64,000 nt of DNA, from IMG/VR virus record IMGVR_UViG_3300042309_002578, positions 1 to 64,000 of that record, one strand, 5' to 3'. The stretch comes from a virus. Shown piece by piece: positions 51,392 to 61,511 of the stretch. Within the stretch, counting starts at the first letter, position 1; every line of letters starts with the position of its first letter. The notes under the pieces are model-generated. The model saw only the letters and a list, made by a program, of their open reading frames with translations, searched no databases and was not told the DNA's origin. A program made the position numbers and the translations under genes.

Positions 51392-51414
51392 CTTAATTGT
51401 AACACAATATTGAA

Positions 51415-51490
51415 GGCGAATCAATTCGCCCGTGTGCGTTTTCCCCTTCGGTCTGAAGACGCGAAGCTCCCAACGCTACCGCTTTCCTCT
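51415..51490 (-). mobile_element. IS200/IS605-like end remnant
   Basis: GGTAGCGTTGGGAGCTTCGCGTCTTCAGACCGAAGGGGAAAACGCACAC then hairpin GGCGAATTGATTCGCC; same layout as 21119. Confidence 0.5.
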
Positions 51491-51644
51491 TGGCGGACAA
51501 TCGCCACTAATTAAAACCAATATATTGTTTTTGTGTATCTAATATTTATTTAATATTGAATCAATATCACAAACAGGGCAAAAATAATGGTGAAATTTTT
51601 CACCATTATCAAAGTGTCTCTAGATTCTTAACTACCACCGACTA

Positions 51645-52142
51645 TTATAACAGCAAACTTTTAATTCTTGCCATCATTGCGCGATCGCATGAGTTTAGTT
51701 TACAGTCTGCAACTTTGCTTAGAAAAATATCATCTTCACCCCAGTTGTCGTAAATAATTTTATCGACAATCAGGACTAAATTAATGTCGTTTGAAATAAT
51801 CATATTGATTAGTTTCAGGTTGATTGAGTTGTTGCCAAGAACTAAAAAACCTTGTTTTAAATAACATTGTTCTCGAAGTGAAGCACTTGCCGAAGATATT
51901 CTTCTCCATGAGATTCCCGTTAAATATTCTAATTCATCTAAGGCGGTTTGGTATTTTTTATTGTTACCGCTTGGCGTTACATTATATACTCTTTTTAAAA
52001 TATATCTTGTTGGCGGTTTTTTCCCTTTTGAGTTTTTGTACTCAAGAATATTTTGCTCAATCAGAGCCTTTGCTGTTGTCTCGTTGTATTGTCCATTGAT
52101 AAACAATGTCTGAATTTTCCCAGCCTGTGTGGATCTTTTCAT
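51645..52142 (-). CDS. hypothetical protein
   Basis: 165-aa basic ORF. Confidence 0.6.
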   Translation of the reverse strand: MKRSTQAGKIQTLFINGQYNETTAKALIEQNILEYKNSKGKKPPTRYILKRVYNVTPSGNNKKYQTALDELEYLTGISWRRISSASASLREQCYLKQGFLVLGNNSINLKLINMIISNDINLVLIVDKIIYDNWGEDDIFLSKVADCKLNSCDRAMMARIKSLLL

Positions 52143-52604
52143 AAAAATTCTAAATAGATTAAACTGTGTTCAAAATATATTGTATATCATTCTGTTGCTA
52201 TTTATTTTAAAAAAATATTTTTTTTCTGGATAATTCTATAAATTAAAAATCAGTTGCGACACATCAAAAAGCATAAATTATATTTTATGGCTCGCGTCTA
52301 CATTTATTGTTGTGAGTTGCTGCAAATATTCGCAAAAGCGCACAACTCGCAAGCAACATATTTTATTTTGCGAAACGGCACAAATTTTGTGTCCATGTTT
52401 TTATTTTTTTGCACTTGGACTTTCAATTAAGATGCGCGATTCCAATTTTAGCAATATTTAATCAATATAAATACCATATTGATTTTACAAAATCAATATG
52501 GTAAAATCATGGAACAAAGTAGACTTTTGTACTTAGACGACGGACAAGAAGTTTATGTATAAAAAGCAAAACAAGACACAGTAAAAACACAATACAAAAA
52601 TACA

Positions 52605-53441
52605 ATGATAAAGCCATACAAATTGCCACAGGATTATATAAAATGGGCGAACTTTTTAGACCACTCAGACAAAATATCATTGTTGTCCGCACAAAAACCT
52701 TGCGATTTAACAAATGACATAAATGTTGGTAAAAACCTTGCTTACTTGTATGAAAAATGGTTTATCGGTTATCCAGTTTATTGTGTGCGCCGATCGCTAA
52801 TTGAAGAGATGTTAGAAACTGATGTTGGTGATAATATTTCGCTGTTTAAAAACATTGACTTGGGCGTACCAACGTATTTGCTATGTTTCCCAGAATCCAC
52901 AATAAAATCACCAGTGGGGAACGGATTTATTGACTATTTAATAGTTGATATAGTCGAAAATGATGTCAAGAACAGCGAAAACAACGAATACAAGTATTTA
53001 ATTTTTTGGGGGTGCTTCGACTCAAATAACACATTACTTTTTTCTGGTAAGGGCATCAGGTGGGATGGAACTATAAAGCGATCGCCATTTATTCTGTCAG
53101 GACTTGAAAAGGATGCAGCGTTTTTAGTTAGAAATATTGTTTTGCAGTCAATATTATTGTTGCAATATTATCCAGAGATCCAGCAAGAAATGAAAAGCCC
53201 GACACAATCAAGGGGATTTGGTATGGCAAAACCATCAGAATATAGATTTCCAAGATGGTTAGGCAACGAAAAAACCAACAACAGGATAACCGAGAGGGGA
53301 GAAGGACAAAAGGAAACGGCAAAAAAATCAAAGCACTATCGTTCGCATCATTGGAGATTGCAGCCCTGTGGGGAAGGAAGAAAAGATATTAAGCCAGTTC
53401 GAGTTAGAGGAGCGTGGGTCAATCCAGACTTTGAAGGTTAG
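52605..53441 (+). CDS. hypothetical phage protein
   Basis: C-terminal HYRSHHWRLQPCGEGRK motif. Confidence 0.75.
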   Translation: MIKPYKLPQDYIKWANFLDHSDKISLLSAQKPCDLTNDINVGKNLAYLYEKWFIGYPVYCVRRSLIEEMLETDVGDNISLFKNIDLGVPTYLLCFPESTIKSPVGNGFIDYLIVDIVENDVKNSENNEYKYLIFWGCFDSNNTLLFSGKGIRWDGTIKRSPFILSGLEKDAAFLVRNIVLQSILLLQYYPEIQQEMKSPTQSRGFGMAKPSEYRFPRWLGNEKTNNRITERGEGQKETAKKSKHYRSHHWRLQPCGEGRKDIKPVRVRGAWVNPDFEG

Positions 53442-53511
53442 TAATAAGCAAGAATTACAAGCAGCACCATAAATTAATTTTATGGTGCTGCTTGTTTATG
53501 TCTTTTGGGAG

Positions 53512-54375
53512 AAAAACATATTGTAATCCCCGCACAGCAAGGGTTTTGTGTTTTGGTAATATTTCCCCCGCAGCCGACCCAAAACTATAAACCAAACATT
53601 TGCACCAACACCCTAACAACGCCCCGTGTCATCGGCTAGAAAACCTAAAATCTGCTCAACTTTGGTGGTAAAAACATATTGCAATCCCCGCACAGTAATG
53701 GTTTCAGCTTTTGGTAATATTTCCCGCAGCCGTCCCCCACAACCCAAACATTTGTACCAACGCCCTAACAACGCCCGTGCCACCGGCTTAAAAACCTAAA
53801 ATCTGTCCAGCCTTGGCGACAAAAAACATATTGCAATATCCGCACAGCAAGGGTTTTGTGTTTTTAGCGATCGCTCCCCGCAGCCGTCCCCCCCAAGCCG
53901 CAAACCAACCATTTGCACCAACGCCCTACTAACGCCCGTGCCACCGGACATAAAACCTAAAATCTGTCCAGCCTTGGCGATAAAAACATATTGCAATCTC
54001 CGCACAGCAAGGGTTTTGTGTTTTTAGCGATCGCTCCCCGCAGCCGTCTCCAAACCGGCAAAACAGACATTCGTTCCCAGCCTGGGCTAACGCCGATAAA
54101 ATCCCAATCTTGTAACACGCCTCAAACCCGCATTCTCTCGTTAAAAAATCTGTGGCGGATTATAACATAAGGTGTGTCAAAAGTAAAGGGAAGATGCAAA
54201 GAAAAAAGGGCATTTTCCTATAAGAAAGTGATCATCTTCCCAATTTTATTTTTGATTAAAATCAAAAAATTATGCAAGTACGCACCTATGTCTAAAATTC
54301 TTGTAATACGTCTGTAATACAAAAATAAATTAAAAATGCGCTTTACTTTATTGGTTGTCCGCAGTAATATATATT
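53512..54375 (+). repeat. dispersed repeat module copy E (four units, core, promoter)
   Basis: CATATTG at 53517, 53675, 53827 and 53987; core from 54106. Confidence 0.95.
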
Positions 54376-54401
54376 TAAGTAGAGAAAAGAAGAGGTTAGT
54401 A

Positions 54402-54653
54402 ATGAAATCAGAAATAGAAAGGTGGTTTATTGGAACTTACGGAAAAGATAATCACAAGTATTACATGGTCAATAATTATGAAAACATTGATATATCCACT
54501 GAAGACGGTGATATTGAGCTAACATTGCCTAAAGACTTTCCAGTTAAGCATATACCAACGATTGTGAATGCTCATCTTAATGCTATTGAGTGCGGAATAG
54601 CTATAGGCAAAAAAATCCAAATAGATCACATCTCAAAGGTTTTGTTCGGATAA
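54402..54653 (+). CDS. small hypothetical protein
   Basis: GAGG RBS; downstream of promoter 54342. Confidence 0.6.
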   Translation: MKSEIERWFIGTYGKDNHKYYMVNNYENIDISTEDGDIELTLPKDFPVKHIPTIVNAHLNAIECGIAIGKKIQIDHISKVLFG

Positions 54654-54781
54654 ATACCAAAACTATAGTTAATAATTTTCGCTTGTTTTTGAAATATTAC
54701 AACAAACCCTATTGTGCTTTGTCTGTAAACAATGTATAATATATGAATCTGCAAAAACTATAAAAACACGCGAAAATACAA

Positions 54782-56602
54782 ATGTCAAACTCTAAAAGCA
54801 TTCAGACAACATTACCATTATTTGATTTAGCTTCAGAAACACAAAATGAGATTCCTGTTGTTGTTTCTGCTAAAGCCCCTGACCATAGGTTATTACATCT
54901 TTATCGGCTAAACTCTGGAACAGAAAATGTATCAACATATAGCGACAAATTTTGGCAGTTGCTAAACAATAGGGGTATTACTAATAAAGAACAATTTTAT
55001 TTGTTCGCTGATCCAGAAAAAACTCAGGTTGATAACCCCGAATTGCATTTTAAGGACTTAGCTACAGCAAAGGAATTAATCATAAACGCGATAAATAACA
55101 AAGAGAAGATTGCTATTGTCGGTGACTATGATGCGGATGGAATGACATCAACAGCACTTTTAATTAGGACATTTAGGAACTTAAATGCAGATATTAGTTA
55201 TCAAATCCCAGATCGCATAACTGAAGGTTACGCCATCAATCCGGCTATTGTTGAGAAATTGGCATTGGATGGAGTAAAACTGATTATCACGGTAGACAAC
55301 GGCATAACCTCTGTAACATCTGCCGACAAGTGCAAAGAACTGGGTGTAAAACTAATAATCACCGACCACCACGAAATTCCAGAAATTTTACCAAATGCCG
55401 ATGCGATCTTAAATCCTAGATTGCTGCCAGAGGATTCAATATATGAAAATTTAGCGGGTGTTGGTGTGGCATATATTCTGGCAGCAGCAGTTGCATTGGA
55501 TTTAGGAAAAAAGGATTTTATCGTTCAAGCAATCACCCTGGCCGCACTTGGCACTATTGCCGATATGGCCACATTGACTGGGATAAATCGTCGGTGGGTG
55601 CGGCGAGGGATGAAAAACATAGGTAATTGTGGTATCCCAGGCGTTGCGGCTCTAATTGCCCAGTCTCAAATCAGAAACAGTAATTCAGTCTCGACCGCTG
55701 ATATTGGTTTTAAAATCGCCCCAATGATCAATGCCATTGGTAGGATTGGCGATCCTAAAATTATTGTGGAATTACTAACCACGGACGATCCGCAAATTGC
55801 TAAGGAGTTGGCAATTAAGTGCGCGGCTTGCAACTATGAACGACAGATGTTGTCAAAAAGTACAACAGAACAGGCGATCGCCCAAGTTGAATTTAAATTC
55901 AAGCAAGCCTTAAAACAGGATAAAGTGCTTTTTCTGATTGCTGAAAATTGGCATCCTGGTGTTGTGGGACTGGTTGCTTCTAAGTTGGTCGAGAATTACG
56001 GTGTGCCAGCATTTGTGGGTGTGATAGTGGAAAAAGACGGGCAGAAACAGATAAAATTTTCTGCCAGAGGGATACCAGAATTTCCCGTTGGGGATGCAAT
56101 GAGAGCCAACAGCGATTTATTTATAAAATTTGGCGGACACCCACTCGCCGGTGGTGGTTCATTAAATTTTGACAACTATGATGCTTTGCGACAAGGATTA
56201 ATAAATTTTGCCAATGGGTGCATCAGAGAGGAAGACGTGAAACCTCTTTACAGGGTAGATACAGAGATAAACTTTGCAGAAATACCCCAGATTTTTGTCG
56301 AAAGCAAAATACTCGCACCTGTTGGCATTGGCAACCCTGAGCCTGTATTTTTAGCTAAAAATGTCAAGGTTGTCAAGCAAGAGTTAATGGGGAGAGATAA
56401 AACGCACGCCAGTATTACACTGTCCCAGGTTGTTGATGGTATATACCACGAAATCAGGTGCGTTGCGTGGAGCTATGCACGATATTTTCCGCTTCCAGAA
56501 ATGTTGGATGTTGTTTTTAAACTTGACGACAATTCTTACATGGGAAAAACCACAATCCAGCCACAAATTATTAGCCATTCAATATCAAAAAGTAGCTTAT
56601 AA
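54782..56602 (+). CDS. recJ: single-stranded DNA exonuclease RecJ
   Basis: GDYDADG, ITVDNG, ITDHH, LGTIAD, FGGHPLAGG. Confidence 0.95.
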   Translation: MSNSKSIQTTLPLFDLASETQNEIPVVVSAKAPDHRLLHLYRLNSGTENVSTYSDKFWQLLNNRGITNKEQFYLFADPEKTQVDNPELHFKDLATAKELIINAINNKEKIAIVGDYDADGMTSTALLIRTFRNLNADISYQIPDRITEGYAINPAIVEKLALDGVKLIITVDNGITSVTSADKCKELGVKLIITDHHEIPEILPNADAILNPRLLPEDSIYENLAGVGVAYILAAAVALDLGKKDFIVQAITLAALGTIADMATLTGINRRWVRRGMKNIGNCGIPGVAALIAQSQIRNSNSVSTADIGFKIAPMINAIGRIGDPKIIVELLTTDDPQIAKELAIKCAACNYERQMLSKSTTEQAIAQVEFKFKQALKQDKVLFLIAENWHPGVVGLVASKLVENYGVPAFVGVIVEKDGQKQIKFSARGIPEFPVGDAMRANSDLFIKFGGHPLAGGGSLNFDNYDALRQGLINFANGCIREEDVKPLYRVDTEINFAEIPQIFVESKILAPVGIGNPEPVFLAKNVKVVKQELMGRDKTHASITLSQVVDGIYHEIRCVAWSYARYFPLPEMLDVVFKLDDNSYMGKTTIQPQIISHSISKSSL

Positions 56603-56707
56603 TTTTAAGTATTGAGATAAATTTGATAGGTATGAGAAAAAATTAGTTCTCATACCTATTTTTTAATTTGACATTGACGGCATTTTTTAGGGATTATCTC
56701 GTCGGAT

Positions 56708-56941
56708 TTAAGATTTTGCTTCCCAGTGGACACAGCCAAATAATTCCCCCATCCAAGGTGGTGCAGCGAACCCATCACTATCTTCATAAAATAATTCTTC
56801 ACCAGAACAATTATTTGGCAAATTTCTGTCGGTGTTGTTATATTTTATTTTTGGATTACCACACGTAGCAAATCTGACATTATTAGACTCTATTGCGCTT
56901 TCACTTTCCCAATAATTACATTTAGAGCAAGTTTGATTCAT
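56708..56941 (-). CDS. small Cys-rich protein
   Basis: TCSKCNYW...C...FGCVHWE. Confidence 0.6.
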   Translation of the reverse strand: MNQTCSKCNYWESESAIESNNVRFATCGNPKIKYNNTDRNLPNNCSGEELFYEDSDGFAAPPWMGELFGCVHWEAKS

Positions 56942-57077
56942 GTCAAAATAAGTCTCATGAAATTAATATGTATATTATAAGATTTATGATTATAAAATAA
57001 CCAAAAATAATGCTTGACTTTATTTGTTAATCATAGTAATATTAATGTATAGAAAACAAACACAAAAACACCAAACA

Positions 57078-57338
57078 ATGACAACTACAAAAACCCAGAA
57101 AACGCTAAATGTTTGCGAGTTGATTGATCTAGCAAAAAATAAGAACATAAAGGGTGTTATTCACAAAGAGGTTGATAGCTGTCATACCATTTTAGATATT
57201 AAACCTTAGATTGTGACATTTCAATACGAAGATGAGGTGTATAGCATTACCTTTATAGACCAGAAATTAAGATGGTTGGCGAAGATTCAGATGGAAAAAA
57301 GGAATTTTTTAGTGTTGACGGTGAATTTGCAGAACTAT
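57078..57338 (+). pseudogene. native gene interrupted by the TPR insert
   Basis: In-frame TAG at 57207 and a frameshift; ...DGEFAEL plausibly continues as WQRQLNSQGEY...KQ* at 58363-58437. Confidence 0.5.
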
Positions 57339-57372
57339 TAATAACAATTTTATTAAAAAATCCTCTAAAATT

Positions 57373-58353
57373 ATGCCTCTTAAACTCACTGATTGGGATC
57401 AAGATTTACCAATAAAGAAAGATGAAGAATACCAAGCCTTTATTCGTACACTTCAGTTTACAGACGGCTTTAGTATATTATTTGTGCGTTGTTCTCCTGC
57501 TGAAGGTGAACAATTAATTAGTCAAGTGAAAGCAGATATTCATGATCAAAATATAGAAGTTATCAAATTAGATAAAGATGTGACGAATTTATATGCAATA
57601 GTTGATAAATTGCCTAACAAAAACAATATCAATATATTATTTATTACAGGCTTAGAGTCTTCATTCTATAAATACGAAGAAGCCAAAACTTTAGCAGGTT
57701 GGAATAGTCGACAAACTCATCATTATAGTTGGGAAAGTGTACCACCGTTTTTAATTAATATCAACCAACAACGAGAACGGTTTAGAGATAGTTTTAATAT
57801 TTGTTTTGTATTTTTATTACCGCAGTTTGCAATTAAATATTTTATTCACCGCGCCCCCGATTTCTTTGATTGGCGTTCTGGTTTATTTGATTTTCTTTTA
57901 GATTCAAAAACTCTAGAACAAGAAGCTACAAGGATTATTCAAGAAGGAGCTTATGAGAAATATGCAAATTTAACCAATGAAGAAACAAATCAGAAAATCT
58001 TAGAAATTATAGATATTATTGAACATGAAATAGATAATGAACAAAAAGCTGAATTATTTTTTGAATTAGGTTATTTGCAAAGAGTTAGAAAAAATTATGA
58101 AGAAGCCATATCTTCCTACGACAAAGCTGTGGAATTTAAACCTGATTATCACCAAGCTTGGTACAGCCGGGGCATTTCCCTAGATGATTTAGGCAGGTAT
58201 GAAGAAGCCATATCTTCCTACGACAAAGCTGTGGAATTTAAACCTGATTTACACGAAGCTTGGTACAACCGGGGCATTTCCCTAGATGATTTAGGCAGGT
58301 ATGAAGAAGCCATATCTTCCTACGACAAAGCTGTGGAATTTAAACCTGATTAA
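57373..58353 (+). CDS. host-like TPR-repeat protein, truncated
   Basis: APDFFDWRSG motif plus YEEAISSYDKAVEFKPD repeats (102 bp); ends at a TTA>TAA change. Confidence 0.85.
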   Translation: MPLKLTDWDQDLPIKKDEEYQAFIRTLQFTDGFSILFVRCSPAEGEQLISQVKADIHDQNIEVIKLDKDVTNLYAIVDKLPNKNNINILFITGLESSFYKYEEAKTLAGWNSRQTHHYSWESVPPFLININQQRERFRDSFNICFVFLLPQFAIKYFIHRAPDFFDWRSGLFDFLLDSKTLEQEATRIIQEGAYEKYANLTNEETNQKILEIIDIIEHEIDNEQKAELFFELGYLQRVRKNYEEAISSYDKAVEFKPDYHQAWYSRGISLDDLGRYEEAISSYDKAVEFKPDLHEAWYNRGISLDDLGRYEEAISSYDKAVEFKPD

Positions 58354-58514
58354 CACGAAGCTTGGCAAAGACAATTAAATAGCCAAGGCGAATATGCAGC
58401 ACAACAGGTGATAAACAAGCTGCAACAAAAACAATAATCGCGCTTTTTAATAATATTTAGCCAAGATAGTGCTATTATTATATCACACAATCATTCATTT
58501 ACATAGAGAATAAA

Positions 58515-58736
58515 ATGGAAACCGAAGAGAAGCAGTATTACATAGAGAATAAAATGGAAACCGAAGAGAGGCAGTATGGTCGCGTAACAGTTGATGATGT
58601 TAGTGACACTATTTTACTTTTAAAGAGATTGAGTAATCAACATGGGATATCACTTGATCAAACAATTGCGATCGCAGCCCTCCTGGAACAAGCTAGATCC
58701 AATGATATAGCGATCGCCACAACTATTGATCAATAA
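58515..58736 (+). CDS. small hypothetical protein with a 39-bp start duplication
   Basis: 58499-58537 is repeated at 58538-58576. Confidence 0.5.
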   Translation: METEEKQYYIENKMETEERQYGRVTVDDVSDTILLLKRLSNQHGISLDQTIAIAALLEQARSNDIAIATTIDQ

Positions 58737-59169
58737 GCTTTCACCAAACAACAACACTAAATAATGGAAGGTAAAAACATGAGTTTAACCACAGAAGAAA
58801 ATACGGTATACCAATCTTTGAAAGACTCCTTGTGTGTGTAAGGTGGGTTTTTAGTTTTACATAACACAGCGGGAGAAAGCTACGAACTGAATATGTTGTG
58901 CAGCAGAAACTTTATGGAGTCAGCTAAGGTTTAGATGTCAAAGAAGATAACCATATTGTCTTGTCTTTGCAAAAAGTAAAATCATATTTTAGCAAAAAAG
59001 GATTGAAAATATAGCGTCGGCTAAAGTTGTCGCTGATGCTGCTAAAAACCGATTGATAAAGGTGTCGTAAAAATATTTAGCCAAAGTAGTAACTTTTATC
59101 TAAATATTTTTACGATGTAGATTGCGCCCCAGATAATATTGTGATAATATTTGTATATCTAAATAAATA

Positions 59170-59757
59170 TTGTGTGAGGGAAAAGTGCAAAAAAACAAAA
59201 AATCGAAATGGTGTCCAAAACCAGTATATGTTACTAAATATTATTCTCTGGAGACGCTAATACAAGAGAATAAGTGCTTAGATAATGACATCGCCGACTT
59301 GGTAACAGAAGATGTAGTCAAAGACGTTAATGAAATTATTGCTGCCCAAGTAGAAAATACGTTTGGGACTAATAAATTAAGGGTTGGCGACTTAATAATG
59401 GATAAATCTTTGTCGCCATCTGAAAGGGAAGATGGGTGCGTTTTATTATTAAAATGCCATCTTGGCGATGAATTTGTTTTCCTGGAGTCTTTAACGTTTC
59501 CAGAAATATATCTGAAAGACGGGGAAATAAACGTAACTTTAGTTGACTCGACTAAAAAATATATTATTGGTAAAAGACTGAATGACGGTAATGTAGGCTT
59601 TTCTAGGCTTGAATTTCAGAAGCCGCATGACAGGATATTTTGTTTGCGATTAACAAGCAACAGAGGGATTCTAATTAAAGTCCCAGTAAAATTTTGGTTC
59701 ATAACAGCACAAGGAGACACAAATGCTTGCAACAATAGATCAACAAACATCTACTGA
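59170..59757 (+). CDS. hypothetical protein
   Basis: 195-aa ORF. Confidence 0.65.
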   Translation: MCEGKVQKNKKSKWCPKPVYVTKYYSLETLIQENKCLDNDIADLVTEDVVKDVNEIIAAQVENTFGTNKLRVGDLIMDKSLSPSEREDGCVLLLKCHLGDEFVFLESLTFPEIYLKDGEINVTLVDSTKKYIIGKRLNDGNVGFSRLEFQKPHDRIFCLRLTSNRGILIKVPVKFWFITAQGDTNACNNRSTNIY

Positions 59758-59925
59758 TTCTATAAATTTCTCAGTTCCTAGTTTGGGCAAATTTCAAAAC
59801 TCAGGAATACGATCACTACACCAAAATTCGGTATTGGCGACGATGTTGCTATTAAGCAGGAAACAAATATTTTCTCACAGTCACCAATTATAGACAAAAC
59901 ATCGAGTAGTGATATCGAGTAGTGA

Positions 59926-60624
59926 TTATGTTGCGGATTCTCCAATTATCTGATCAATTTTATTACAATAATCTAAATAATCAAAGCTTTTTCCGCCTAT
60001 GAAATATTTAATATTATTGAATAATCTAAATCCATTTCCCGTTTTCTCAATAAGCAAAAAACCGTACTCGTTTGTACAATAAAATGAGTATCCTGTAGTT
60101 CCGCGCTTCTCTAGAAAGACCAAACATACTTTCCCGTCTTGAATTTTGTTGTATGAAGCAATCTTCTCCCTCCTTTGAGCAAGACGATTAATTTCTTCTG
60201 AGACAAAGGCAAAACTTAATTCATTGTTGGATTCGTTAACGCTTCCAATATTTTTTTCAGCTGCAATCCACAATGTGAAGGAATCCGCTTTAATGAGTTC
60301 ATTGTGAAAATGCGGATTATCTAGGAAAAACAAACTAACCCTATCAATATCGGATTCAGCAAGCATAGCCCGCATATATTCCTTGATTTTAGCCTCTTGA
60401 TCTGGGTTAAATGTTGGGCGATTCTTTCTATCCGATTGTATTTTTTCAGCTATCTGCTTTAAGTAAGGTATAATGCCATTCTTTACGACATGATTAATAT
60501 AAGCAAACAAGATTGTAGCTACAACTGGAAACAGCAAGTCTACGACAACCTCTAACCCTTGTTCGTAAATATGTCGCTGTAAACTTTGGAGTGGTGAAGG
60601 TTGATCCGTTCTTTGGTTGTCCAT
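59926..60624 (-). CDS. single-TM hypothetical protein
   Basis: N-terminal hydrophobic segment followed by a soluble domain. Confidence 0.65.
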   Translation of the reverse strand: MDNQRTDQPSPLQSLQRHIYEQGLEVVVDLLFPVVATILFAYINHVVKNGIIPYLKQIAEKIQSDRKNRPTFNPDQEAKIKEYMRAMLAESDIDRVSLFFLDNPHFHNELIKADSFTLWIAAEKNIGSVNESNNELSFAFVSEEINRLAQRREKIASYNKIQDGKVCLVFLEKRGTTGYSFYCTNEYGFLLIEKTGNGFRLFNNIKYFIGGKSFDYLDYCNKIDQIIGESAT

Positions 60625-61281
60625 AGAAATTGAAACGGATAAGTAGGATTTAAGGTTAGGTAAAAGTGATCGCCAGCGATGTTGCGATCACTAAAGTTAA
60701 GAGTGTATCTGTGATAATTCTATTATAGCAATTTTATCGGCTTATGTGTTTGTTGCCGCGAAAATCCCTGTTGATTTGCGGTTTAGCTCCACATAACAAA
60801 ATAACCATTGGATTGATCCAATGGTTATTAGGCAAAAGTTAATATCTGTTTCACCGGGTAATGGGCATGGGCATTTTAGAGAATAGAGGTTGTGCGGGCT
60901 TTTCCCCTCAACACTTTTCTCCACATCCTGGCTGTCAATCTCGATTAAATTCAGCTTGAATACGAGATTGATAACAGGTATCAGGAGAATTTGATCAAAT
61001 TAAAGGAGGAACGCGAGGATCTTCTTAACGCCAGAAATAAGAAACTAAAGATTTTGGCAGAGGCTAAAAAGCGTGGTGAAACTGTTACGCCGGATGATGC
61101 TGGCGTGGATTACTATATTAGTTGCCATGAAGAAGAATTGCTAAGTAAAAAAGAGTGGGAAGAGAGCAAAAATATAAGATAATCATTTTGTATTTTTTGC
61201 CACTAAAAACACAATATCTGTGCTAAGATATAGATGTTATGGATACCAAGAGTAATACCACTTGGCGTTACTCTATTTTAA

Positions 61282-61354
61282 GCAGGATTGGCCGAGAGGT
61301 TAAGGCAACAAACTCATAATTTGTGGTAGACAGGTTCGATTCCTGTATCCTGTA
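61282..61354 (+). tRNA. tRNA with CAT anticodon (likely Ile2, otherwise Met)
   Basis: GCAGGAT/ATCCTGT, ACAAA-CTCATAA-TTTGT, ACAGG-TTCGATT-CCTGT. Confidence 0.9.
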
Positions 61355-61511
61355 TTTCTAAAAATATTGACGATAAAAATCAGATTTTTATCGTCAATAT
61401 TTTTTGTATTTATTTTTGGAAATATCATGTTTTTTGCACAATATCACCAAAAATCGTATATAATAACATTAATATTGAGAGTATATTGTAAGTATTTTGG
61501 AGAGAAGTGCA

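Noticed and set aside
58096-58365. 102-bp repeats as a DGR template/variable pair
   Set aside because: These are ordinary TPR coding repeats and no reverse transcriptase is in the window
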